Source: a virus
Direction: 5' to 3' (one strand)
Virus record (IMG/VR): IMGVR_UViG_2915168811_000001
DNA length: 64,000 bases
Shown: positions 55,371 through 63,861 of the stretch, piece by piece
How the letters are laid out: the number at the start of each line of letters is the position of its first letter
Position numbering within the stretch: position 1 is the stretch's first letter
Program-made: the position numbers and the translations under genes
The notes under the pieces: model-generated
Told to the model about the DNA's origin: nothing
The model's database searches: none
The model's input: the letters and a program-made list of their open reading frames with translations, nothing else

Positions 55371-57307
55371 CGGGCGCCCCGACCGAAAAGACGCAGTCCA
55401 CGCTTCTTTGGTTCAATCCGTTCGGGAGCGAACCGTGCGTCACCAGTGACCTGATGTAGGGCTTCATTCAGCACCGGTCGGACGGTCTCTGACGAAGTCG
55501 GGATGAAGCCGCCAAAGGACTGGTCTTTGAAGAACTCGTCCTCCAGAGCAGTCCCCAGAAAGCGTGCTGACCCCGTCAGAAACTGGGTTATGAACTGTCC
55601 TTCGTCTGTGGAGAAGGCAGGCCATCGGTTGCCGATCGCAATGAATCGGGCGTTACTCACGCCGCGCGCCATCAGCGAGGCGATGATCGTTTTAAGGTCA
55701 GGCAGTGACGGCGGGGATGAATCAAACAGGCCGAACGCCCATGCGCCGGATCGCAGCTGCGGGATCATCACCTCCAGCCACAGGTCAGTGAGATGCGCTT
55801 CTGCGATCTGCGTGTCGATGATCACGAGGTCGTATTCCCTCGTCAGCTCACCGATGACTTCCGCGTACAGCGACGCTGGTGTGTGCTCGGGGGCGGCAAG
55901 ATGATCCGGGGGCCCGAAGACCGTGTCGAAGTGCACCGGTCCGTGAGCACGGCGCACAGCGCTGAGCGTCTCTGCGCTGACGACTGCGGCGCGCCAGCCG
56001 CCTCGGACGGCGTCATAGATGCTGGGCAGCTGGGCGTTCGTGGCGCGCGTGTACCGACGGATGTTCGCTTGGCCGCGGTTCGCATCCACGACACAGGCGC
56101 GCAGTCCGGCAAGCCCTGCCATCTCGGCCAGGGTCAGCGCGAACGACGTCTTACCGACACCGCCCTTTGCCGCCCAGCTGATGATGACCTGAGGGTTCAG
56201 CTGTGACTGGACGTGCTGGATAACCTGCCGGTTGCTCCGATCGAAGAACTCGGAGGGGTCCATGACAGGCGCCGCTAGCGGGGCAGTCGCGGCAGGCTCC
56301 TGGTGTGAGGGCTGGGCAGTTTGCTGCATCCACGGAGCGGACGGCTGCGCGACAGGCTGCTGCGGGGCGACGTAGGCAGGCGCGGGAGCAGGAACTGGAG
56401 CAGGGGCAGGCGCGGGAGCAGGCTCAGTCCATTGCTGGATGGGCTGGGCATCGGCTGCCGGTACGGGCTCCGGTTGAGCGGGCACATAGCTCGGGATCGG
56501 CTCAGGAGTGAGCTTCGGCCTGGGGCGTGCGAACTCAGGCAAGGGTGACGGGGTGAGCACGTCCGCGTCCGCGGCTGCCGCTTGCGCCGGGTTCACCTGG
56601 GTGTTCAGGGTTGGCGTTGCCTCCCCGGGCGCTACCGGCTGAGTCGGGGGCTTAGTCGCTGCGTTCATGCGGGTCAGCCAGGCGGGAGTGGAGGGCCCAG
56701 CCCCGGGGGACACTGCGGGAGGAGCTTCCGATGGGACGGCGGCTGCTCGAGTGACCTCGGGGCTGGGAGTGTGTGGGGCGTCCGCAGGGACGGGCTCGCT
56801 GACGGGAGCCCGATGGGCGTCCGAATACGCCGTTGGTGCCGGACTGGGCGCGTCGAAATCGACTGGCGGGGGAAGCTGGGTGTCCGCGGCAGTCGGAATC
56901 GCGTCCTGCATGATCGGAGAGCTGTCGGCTGCAGGCACCCCGCCGAATCCGATCGAAGTGTCAGCGAGATCTGACAGCGCGACGGGGACGCCGAGATCCG
57001 TGAGAAGCTCTGCGACTGTGATCGGCAGGTCCAGCGCGAATGGGTTGCCGGTAAGGGTTCCGCCCGGTCCCGGAATCACCCGAACGTCGGTGCGCTGCGC
57101 CTGAGAGTGCACCCAGGGGCTGATCCGCCCAAGGCCTTCCAGGTCAGCTACCACTACGGGGAACACCCCGTGCTGCTCCTGCGCGCCCTTGATTGCGTGT
57201 GCATGGGCTGGGTATTGATCCCCGCCGAATACGTGAAGGCCCAGGCCGGTCAGAAGCTCGATGAGCCCTGCCGGTCCGATGACGCCAATAAAGTTGCTCT
57301 GTCCCAT
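55367..57307 (-). CDS. MinD/CpaE-like ATPase with long Pro/Ala linker
   Basis: AKGGVGKTS, VDAN, DLVIIDT. Confidence 0.75.
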   Translation of the reverse strand: MGQSNFIGVIGPAGLIELLTGLGLHVFGGDQYPAHAHAIKGAQEQHGVFPVVVADLEGLGRISPWVHSQAQRTDVRVIPGPGGTLTGNPFALDLPITVAELLTDLGVPVALSDLADTSIGFGGVPAADSSPIMQDAIPTAADTQLPPPVDFDAPSPAPTAYSDAHRAPVSEPVPADAPHTPSPEVTRAAAVPSEAPPAVSPGAGPSTPAWLTRMNAATKPPTQPVAPGEATPTLNTQVNPAQAAAADADVLTPSPLPEFARPRPKLTPEPIPSYVPAQPEPVPAADAQPIQQWTEPAPAPAPAPVPAPAPAYVAPQQPVAQPSAPWMQQTAQPSHQEPAATAPLAAPVMDPSEFFDRSNRQVIQHVQSQLNPQVIISWAAKGGVGKTSFALTLAEMAGLAGLRACVVDANRGQANIRRYTRATNAQLPSIYDAVRGGWRAAVVSAETLSAVRRAHGPVHFDTVFGPPDHLAAPEHTPASLYAEVIGELTREYDLVIIDTQIAEAHLTDLWLEVMIPQLRSGAWAFGLFDSSPPSLPDLKTIIASLMARGVSNARFIAIGNRWPAFSTDEGQFITQFLTGSARFLGTALEDEFFKDQSFGGFIPTSSETVRPVLNEALHQVTGDARFAPERIEPKKRGLRLFGRGAR

Positions 57308-57394
57308 GCCCTAGAAGCACCGGGAGCCCAGAGACAGCGAAGGGGCGCTTCCACGTGATTACGCGAAAACGCCCCTGGGGTACTCAGCTAACTG

Positions 57395-58198
57395 TCAGCT
57401 TGCGACGAGGTACTGCACCGGCACCTCTGCAGTGACCGGCGGGACCCCCACCATTACTGGCGAGCTCGGCACTACGACTGGCTGCCGCGTCAGCGGGGGA
57501 ACGGTGAATAGTCCGTCCTCAGAGACAGTGAGCGCGGGCAGTGGTTCGGAATCGAACGGGGCTTCTTCCGCTACCTCTTCAGGGTCGATCTCCGCTTCAC
57601 GGCTCAGGTGCTCCGCCCAAGCGGCATCCAAGTCAGGTTCGTAGGCATCGGCAGCGCGCTCATAAGTGGGTTCGGGCACGAAAGTGGAGACTTCAGAGAT
57701 GGCTTCTTCCCGTGCGGCCGCCACTTCACGCTGGAACGAAAGCCGCACAACCTCCTCGGCTGACACCAGTGCTGCGAGGGGAGCCGAGATCGCGATCAAG
57801 ACACCAAAAAATGCTTCGTAGCGTGTGAAATCCCATGACCAGTGCGATCCCGCATGTGCACCGTTAATCAGGACGGAAATGATCGTGAAGGTCCACAGCC
57901 AGCGGCGGGCGATTCCAGAGTTCTCCAGCTCGCCCCGCCACCGGTAGATAGCGAACGACACCGTGTAAGTGAGGATCGCGCCGTCGATGAAGATCGGGGC
58001 GAGAAACTGCACCCATTCAGCGCCCTCTGGAGGCCCTGCCCATTTCGCGGCCTCGGCGATGGTGGCGTACGAGAACACGTACGACGCGACCATGATGGTC
58101 ACGACCAGGGCGATCGCAAACCATCCAACGGCTTGGCGGTCAGGCGAGATGCGGGCAGAGCTCTTCTTTTTCTCAGTCACATTCATGATCAGATCCAT
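57395..58198 (-). CDS. DUF2637-like membrane protein (Spd-type)
   Basis: Four TMs; SYATI...APIFIDGAIL...SVLINGAH...IAISAP. Confidence 0.7.
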   Translation of the reverse strand: MDLIMNVTEKKKSSARISPDRQAVGWFAIALVVTIMVASYVFSYATIAEAAKWAGPPEGAEWVQFLAPIFIDGAILTYTVSFAIYRWRGELENSGIARRWLWTFTIISVLINGAHAGSHWSWDFTRYEAFFGVLIAISAPLAALVSAEEVVRLSFQREVAAAREEAISEVSTFVPEPTYERAADAYEPDLDAAWAEHLSREAEIDPEEVAEEAPFDSEPLPALTVSEDGLFTVPPLTRQPVVVPSSPVMVGVPPVTAEVPVQYLVAS

Positions 58199-58201
58199 TC
58201 G

Positions 58202-59701
58202 CTAGTAAAGGTCGACGTCTTCGTCGATGTCGTTAATCCAGGAGAGTGCGCCGGTGTCCAGCGCATCTTTCGCCCGCGTCACGGTGACGTAGGAGATGCG
58301 TGCCTCTTCGGCCTGGAGCTCAAGCCGATCGGTGGTGTCGTTCCGCTTCGGCTCCGGGAAGTCCTTCGACACGCGAACGGAGCCCCACTCGAGGCCCTTG
58401 GCGATGTGCGCCGTGGAGATGACGAGATCAGCAGAAGCCATGTCGCAACGCTCGAGCGCATCGACCACCTTCTCCGCGGTGAACCGGTCGACGACCTTCA
58501 CGAGCGGGGCGAAATCCTTGCCCTCGTCGGTCTCGGAGATCTCGACCACCTGATCCCAGGTTTCAAATGCCTGGAAGTCGGGGTGGCTGGTCCGACCCTT
58601 CACCTGCAGGTCCACAGCAGCCTTCGCGAGCCGCTGCAGTTCCTGAGCCTTTCGCTCGCCGGCAACACCCACGGTTCGGTTCTTCTCCAGCCCCTTCAGG
58701 ACCTCGAAGATCGCTCCGCCGTTCGTGCGGCAGATCACTGCGTCAGGCGCTGTCACACGACCCACGCGAGACTGCTTCGCAGGGTTGCCGCGGATCGTCA
58801 GGTCAGCACCAAGCAGATCGAGCCACTTCTGAGCTTCCTCAGCGACCTCTTCGCCGAACCGGAAAGACTGACTGAGCTGCGCGACGTACGCACCGGGAAG
58901 GTTGCTCATTGCATCCATCGTTCCCGTGCGCCAGCCGTAAATGGCCTGGCTGCGGTCCCCGACAAACACCCGCTGGGCGTCCTGCTTCAGCAGCACGTCC
59001 ACCATCAGCCCGTCGGCGTCCTGGGCTTCGTCGAGGCATACGAAATCGACGTTGAGCTTCGGGTTGGATAGCTGCCACATCTTCAGGTAGGAGTCGTGCT
59101 TGAACGGCAGCGTCCCGAAGGGATCGCGCTGATCGGCCCACACAGTTTCCGCGAAGTCGAGGATGGTGCGAGCCAGGTCTTCTTTCGCTGCCCGATTGCC
59201 TACGACGAGTGCTTTCGGGAGAGCGACGTGCTGCAGTCCGAGCACCGCATCGGCGGTGCGCTGGAAGCGGGTCACTGTCTCCTGCGCGAGCTGCGTCAGA
59301 GACTCCCGCCGGATCTTCCGAGTGGTCGACTGTGCGTCGGGGCCAAAAACGTAGTCGGTTTCGATGCCGACCCGCTTCGCAATGACGCCCCACGGAGTGA
59401 ACCGAGGCGTGTTGTTCAGGCGCTCACGGAAAGGGGCCGCCATGGACCGCCAGGCGAGAGAGTGCACTGTGAACGGGTTGGTCTGGGTTCCGCTGAAACG
59501 GGCCTGCGCTTCCTGCGCGACGCTCTTATTGAACGCGAGATACATGCCTCGGCGGTGCGGCGCGTACCGGGCCAGTAGCTCCAAGGTCGTCGTCTTTCCG
59601 GAACCCGCGGCCGCCTCAATGACGAGGTCCTTCCCGGTTCGATAGCACAGCAGGGCGTGCTCCTGCTCAGCTGTGGGAGCGTGCTGGACGGCGGTGGACA
59701 T
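58202..59701 (-). CDS. UvrD/REP-family 3'-5' helicase
   Basis: AAAGSGKTT, LDEAQD, VGDRSQAIYGWR, LSQSFRFG, HIAKGLEW, YVTVTRAK. Confidence 0.9.
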   Translation of the reverse strand: MSTAVQHAPTAEQEHALLCYRTGKDLVIEAAAGSGKTTTLELLARYAPHRRGMYLAFNKSVAQEAQARFSGTQTNPFTVHSLAWRSMAAPFRERLNNTPRFTPWGVIAKRVGIETDYVFGPDAQSTTRKIRRESLTQLAQETVTRFQRTADAVLGLQHVALPKALVVGNRAAKEDLARTILDFAETVWADQRDPFGTLPFKHDSYLKMWQLSNPKLNVDFVCLDEAQDADGLMVDVLLKQDAQRVFVGDRSQAIYGWRTGTMDAMSNLPGAYVAQLSQSFRFGEEVAEEAQKWLDLLGADLTIRGNPAKQSRVGRVTAPDAVICRTNGGAIFEVLKGLEKNRTVGVAGERKAQELQRLAKAAVDLQVKGRTSHPDFQAFETWDQVVEISETDEGKDFAPLVKVVDRFTAEKVVDALERCDMASADLVISTAHIAKGLEWGSVRVSKDFPEPKRNDTTDRLELQAEEARISYVTVTRAKDALDTGALSWINDIDEDVDLY

Positions 59702-59748
59702 GAGTCTCCTTGGGGTCTGCGAACACATAGGTTCGGGGGTCTGCCCCT

Positions 59749-59760
59749 AGTGATGCGCGG
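59749..59760 (-). promoter_or_regulatory. Class A motif CCGCGCATCACT
   Basis: Upstream of the UvrD-like gene. Confidence 0.8.
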
Positions 59761-59781
59761 TGCTCTGCGAGAGAGAGCCGA

Positions 59782-60771
59782 CTACGCGGCGACGCGGTCG
59801 AGCTCAGCTGCGGCCAGCTGAAGGCCTGACGTGATCAGAACTTCACGGGACTTCGATGGAGTAGTAATCCGATGCGACGCGTTCTTGTAGTCAAAATCGA
59901 GATCCAGTACCCGGTAGTCGCGGGCGGCAAGCCAGGCGAGCATCCGGGTGTGGTCCTGCCCTTTGTGGGTGAGGACGTTCGACATCGCGAACGGGATCCC
60001 GCGGTCTGCGAGCCCGTCGAGCCAGTCAAGAAGCTCGTCATCGATTGACGCGTTCCAGCTCGCCTTGTTGTACGGCGCCGCACCGAGCAGATACGGTGGG
60101 TCTGCGTAGCAGAACACGTCACCGTCAGGCAGCTGCATTTCACGGAAGTCGATGTTCGTGATCGAGTGGTCAATCGTGGCCAGGCGGGCGACGGTGTCCG
60201 CGAGATTCTTCCGCACGTTCGCATTGAAGTCGCGCTTGCCCGCGGGGTTACGCCAATGCCCGTCACGCGCCCTCAGCCTGATTTGGTTATTGAACCCAAA
60301 CAGCACCAAGGCGAACGTTGCTGCGTCCCGGCGGCGTCCGGCAAACACTCCAGAGTTGTAGTCGTCACGCAGTCGTTCATATGGCCCGCGGTTGTGGCTG
60401 ACCAGACCGGAAGAGGATGTGCCGCCGAACGCCTCGTAACCGTGGGTGCGTGAATCGGAGAAGCCATACCCCTCGATCAGCGCCTCGATTTCCGCTTCGA
60501 TCTGACCTGGGTGTGAGCTTGAGAAATATCGGGCGAGGCCCGCGGCTTCGGCCGAAGCGTCGTTGAACCAGACATGCGCCGCGTCGACGTTCATGCCGAC
60601 GTTCATGCCCCCGCCGAACACGTCCACAAACGTCGACCCGGTCAGATCCCCGAACTCAGGGATGATCGTGTGCAGCAGCCGAATCTTGTTCCCGACGTAG
60701 TTCGTCGGGGCTTTCGTGAAACGGCTGATGGGGGCTTTCGGACGGCGCCGAACTGGTGCTGTGCTGTGCAT
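59782..60771 (-). CDS. Orphan N6-adenine DNA methyltransferase (D12/Dam family)
   Basis: NYVGNK, DVFGGG, GFNNQIR..G....P.GKRDFN, YADPPY, FAMSN, EVLIT. Confidence 0.9.
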   Translation of the reverse strand: MHSTAPVRRRPKAPISRFTKAPTNYVGNKIRLLHTIIPEFGDLTGSTFVDVFGGGMNVGMNVDAAHVWFNDASAEAAGLARYFSSSHPGQIEAEIEALIEGYGFSDSRTHGYEAFGGTSSSGLVSHNRGPYERLRDDYNSGVFAGRRRDAATFALVLFGFNNQIRLRARDGHWRNPAGKRDFNANVRKNLADTVARLATIDHSITNIDFREMQLPDGDVFCYADPPYLLGAAPYNKASWNASIDDELLDWLDGLADRGIPFAMSNVLTHKGQDHTRMLAWLAARDYRVLDLDFDYKNASHRITTPSKSREVLITSGLQLAAAELDRVAA

Positions 60772-60780
60772 GAGGACTTA

Positions 60781-60789
60781 TATGTGCGG
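60781..60789 (-). promoter_or_regulatory. Class C motif CCGCACATA
   Basis: Starts exactly 18 nt before ATG 60771. Confidence 0.75.
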
Positions 60790-60818
60790 CGAGCCCGAAA
60801 TTCGGGACCACCGGCCTC

Positions 60819-60827
60819 CCGCACATA
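60819..60827 (+). promoter_or_regulatory. Class C motif CCGCACATA
   Basis: Starts exactly 18 nt before ATG 60837. Confidence 0.75.
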
Positions 60828-60836
60828 TGGGTAACC

Positions 60837-61550
60837 ATGAGTAGCGCAAGAAACCAGCCCCGAATTTCAGCAGGAAATCGCGTCGCCGGACGCCCCGCCG
60901 GCGGGCAGTTCGCCGCCACAGTCAGACTGTCCGGGGTAGCTCCGCAGCTCATTCCCTCCACAGGGCCGGCAGAGCAGCCGGCAGAGCAGCCCGTGTCACG
61001 GTTTGCGCCACCAGCTCACGTCGCTGCATATGAGCCACCCGTCATTTGGGATGCAGAGTTTGCTGTCACTCCGTTTGACCTCCTCCCGGAGCTCCCGGCC
61101 TCCGGCGGCAGTGAGCGGGAGTGGTCGGACTACGTCTCGCATCGAAAACGGATCGGAGACGCCGTGCCCATCTCGAGGTATCAGGTGCGAATGCAGCATG
61201 AAGCGAACGCCGCCGCGCTGTTCAATGAGCTGGAGGACATGCGCGGGATGGTGCCCGTCGATGACCCTGCCTGGCTGCAGAAACGAGATGCCGCTCTGAT
61301 CCAGTCAGCACTTGCCGCGGACCCTGACGCTACGGAGTTGATCATCACCCGGGACATGGCAAGCAACATCACTGTCGAGCTGGATGTGCCGCAGGACCTC
61401 TACCTGCGCCCCAACCTCCAGCAAGTCGCACTCCCGATGCGGGTTAAGCGCGCGATTGGAGTCGCCACAACTGCGGGGCTGGAGTGGAAGTACGGCCCGG
61501 TGGGGGACCGTGGAGCGACACAGGTTGTGCGGATCCCGCTGCGCAGCTGA
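60837..61550 (+). CDS. Hypothetical protein with N-terminal GGQF peptide
   Basis: MSSARNQPRISAGNRVAGRPAGGQF. Confidence 0.75.
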   Translation: MSSARNQPRISAGNRVAGRPAGGQFAATVRLSGVAPQLIPSTGPAEQPAEQPVSRFAPPAHVAAYEPPVIWDAEFAVTPFDLLPELPASGGSEREWSDYVSHRKRIGDAVPISRYQVRMQHEANAAALFNELEDMRGMVPVDDPAWLQKRDAALIQSALAADPDATELIITRDMASNITVELDVPQDLYLRPNLQQVALPMRVKRAIGVATTAGLEWKYGPVGDRGATQVVRIPLRS

Positions 61551-61565
61551 GGGGCCCTGAAACAA

Positions 61566-61600
61566 AAACGCCCCGACTTCGAGATGAAGTCGGGGCGTTT
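61566..61600. terminator. Bidirectional terminator
   Basis: aaacgccccgacttc/gaagtcggggcgttt. Confidence 0.85.
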
Positions 61601-61610
61601 GCTGTTTCAG

Positions 61611-62585
61611 CTACGTTCCGGGGTCGGGAGTGACCGCAGACCGGTTTTCGGCCGCGACCATCGCCTCCAATTCATTCGCCTCATGTGCCAGCTGCGCCAA
61701 CACTTCCGAGTGCGCCTGGTAGACGCCGGCGCAGAGTGGCATCAGGAAATCGATCGCCTCTTGCAGCGTGATCGCCGGTTCATCGGCGTTCGCCGCATGC
61801 AGAAGTGACTGCACCTGAGGGTCGACTGGTTCGCCCGTGTCGGTGACGGCGCCGCCGAGCCATCCGATCGCTGCGAGGAATCCCAGCCGCTGGGTTTCCT
61901 GCGTCAGGTTCACATCGCGGCCAGCTGCGAGGTCTTCGGCGAGATCCTGGCACACCCGTCCGAGGTAGTCCGCTGACTGCGCCCATTGCGCGCGCTGGAA
62001 TTTCTCGTGATCGAGCAGCGCGTTCTTGGCGCAATCTGACTCCGGCCCGAACAGCTCGAACATCGGAGAGAGGTCGATGGCATCGAGCTCGGCATCCTCC
62101 TCCCCGTCGCACCAGAGCACGATCCGCGCCTGCACGCGCTCATCGTTCACATCGAGTCCGTGGAACGCCAGGACGTCCAGCCATGACCCCATCTCGATGT
62201 CGAGCAGCCCGGCCTCGACGCATTGCATCGTCACCCGAAGCAGCCACTCCTCGTTGGTTTCCACGCGAGGCGCACCATCTGGTTCCTCGATGAGCTGCAC
62301 CCGGTATGCGATGTTCGCCGGAAGCCACAGCAGTGGATGCCAGAACATTGCCGGGTTCACGCCCTTCCACCGCAGCATCTTGCCGTCACTGCCGCGGGCG
62401 GCTTGCGGGATCGGGAACGCCACCAGCGGCGACAGGACCACGTCCTCCAGGTCAAGGCCGGTGTCATCCATGAACTGCGTGAACCGATCAACGAACAGCT
62501 GCAGGTCAGAGGAGATAATCACCCCTTCGCCCGGTGCAAGCAAATACCCCCGTCGGAGCTGGAGCTCCGGTGTCTGATCGGTCAT
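61611..62585 (-). CDS. Acidic hypothetical protein
   Basis: RBS GAAAGGA before ATG 62585. Confidence 0.75.
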   Translation of the reverse strand: MTDQTPELQLRRGYLLAPGEGVIISSDLQLFVDRFTQFMDDTGLDLEDVVLSPLVAFPIPQAARGSDGKMLRWKGVNPAMFWHPLLWLPANIAYRVQLIEEPDGAPRVETNEEWLLRVTMQCVEAGLLDIEMGSWLDVLAFHGLDVNDERVQARIVLWCDGEEDAELDAIDLSPMFELFGPESDCAKNALLDHEKFQRAQWAQSADYLGRVCQDLAEDLAAGRDVNLTQETQRLGFLAAIGWLGGAVTDTGEPVDPQVQSLLHAANADEPAITLQEAIDFLMPLCAGVYQAHSEVLAQLAHEANELEAMVAAENRSAVTPDPGT

Positions 62586-62617
62586 TGGGTGGGCCGTCCT
62601 TTCATTGCGTCTACCTC

Positions 62618-62631
62618 CACACATACGATCC
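62618..62631 (-). promoter_or_regulatory. Class B motif GGATCGTATGTGTG
   Basis: 32 nt before ATG 62585; back-to-back with a class A copy. Confidence 0.7.
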
Positions 62632-62659
62632 GGCGGGCACGTCACCCTCAACGCCGGCG

Positions 62660-62671
62660 CCGCGCATCACT
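62660..62671 (+). promoter_or_regulatory. Class A motif CCGCGCATCACT
   Basis: Upstream of the 62717 operon. Confidence 0.8.
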
Positions 62672-62716
62672 GGGGATGAGGCTGGATTCGCTGGCCGATA
62701 ACTTTCCCGAGATGAG

Positions 62717-63055
62717 ATGACCATGTCGACCACCATCAGCGTCAACGCCCCAGCCGTCAGTGAAGATCCGTTCGCCGGACTGAACCGAGAGCTCCTCCTG
62801 GCGCAGAAGGAAGCGAACGCCGCTCGCGCGAACGCTCAAGACATCCGCGCTGCGGCTGAGAATGCCGGCCGTCGCCACAGTGCCGAGCGCGCACAGCTGC
62901 AAGGGGAGCTGAACGCCGCCAACTGTGTCATCAGTGCGATGAAGGACCTCGTCACCCAGGCGCAGCTCGAAGCGAAGATCAACAGCAACGGCTTCATCCC
63001 GACGATCGCCGTCGCGGACCTAGCCGAACTGCTGCTGACCCGGAGCGCGCGATGA
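62717..63055 (+). CDS. Coiled-coil hypothetical protein
   Basis: Ala-rich heptads; ATGA overlap with the next gene. Confidence 0.65.
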   Translation: MTMSTTISVNAPAVSEDPFAGLNRELLLAQKEANAARANAQDIRAAAENAGRRHSAERAQLQGELNAANCVISAMKDLVTQAQLEAKINSNGFIPTIAVADLAELLLTRSAR

Positions 63056-63861
63056 GTCATCTCCGTGAGCAGCTCAGCCAGGTCGCTGATGTCTATGTGG
63101 CAGGGGACTGGCATGCAGACACGAAGTGGGCGAGGCGCGCGCTCGAGTCGATTTCCGGCGAGGACTGCCAAGTGCTGCTGCATGTCGGCGACTTCGGTTA
63201 CTTCCCGAACCACACGCACGGTGCCCAGTACCTGCGGGAAGTCTCCGCGCTCGCCGTGCGTTCCGGCATCCAGATTCTGGTGACCCCCGGGAATCACAGC
63301 GACTACGCCTCGCTGAACGCAGGCCTTGCGCTGTCAGGAGGCGAACCGTTCGAAGCGGCACCCAACGTGCATCTGTTGCCGCGAGGCTGGCGGTGGACCA
63401 TGAGCGGCCGTTCATTCGTATCCCTCGGTGGCGCAGTCTCTGTAGATCAGCGGCAGCGGCTCGAAGGGGTGAGCTGGTGGCCGGAAGAAGTGATCACGCG
63501 CGAGGAGGCGGAAGCTGTCGCCGCCGCCGGCGCAGCAGACGTGCTCATCACCCATGACACTCCGTTGCGTGACTCAACTCCGGAGGTAGCGCTGGCGCGT
63601 CTCGATCCGAGATGGGATCTGCCCACATGGCTCCAGGATGCCTCAACCCACAGTGCGGAGCTCGTACAGGTCGCCCGGGACGGCGTGAAGCCAAAACTTC
63701 ATTTCCACGGCCACTGGCACATACCCACCTCGCTCCAGAGTGACGACGACAGCGCGATTATCTCCCTTGGGATGAATGGCCAGCGGTTCAACCTTGTCTC
63801 CCTGGATCTTGACGCCCTGGCGTGGACTGAGCACCACGTACACAGCTGGGATGCGTCATGA
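63052..63861 (+). CDS. Calcineurin-like metallophosphoesterase
   Basis: GDWH, GDFG, GNH, THD, FHGHWH. Confidence 0.9.
   Translation: MSHLREQLSQVADVYVAGDWHADTKWARRALESISGEDCQVLLHVGDFGYFPNHTHGAQYLREVSALAVRSGIQILVTPGNHSDYASLNAGLALSGGEPFEAAPNVHLLPRGWRWTMSGRSFVSLGGAVSVDQRQRLEGVSWWPEEVITREEAEAVAAAGAADVLITHDTPLRDSTPEVALARLDPRWDLPTWLQDASTHSAELVQVARDGVKPKLHFHGHWHIPTSLQSDDDSAIISLGMNGQRFNLVSLDLDALAWTEHHVHSWDAS

Noticed and set aside
59722-59735. GAACCTATGTGT (minus strand) as a class B copy
   Set aside because: Only the TATGTGT half matches and the GGATCG half is absent; not counted.
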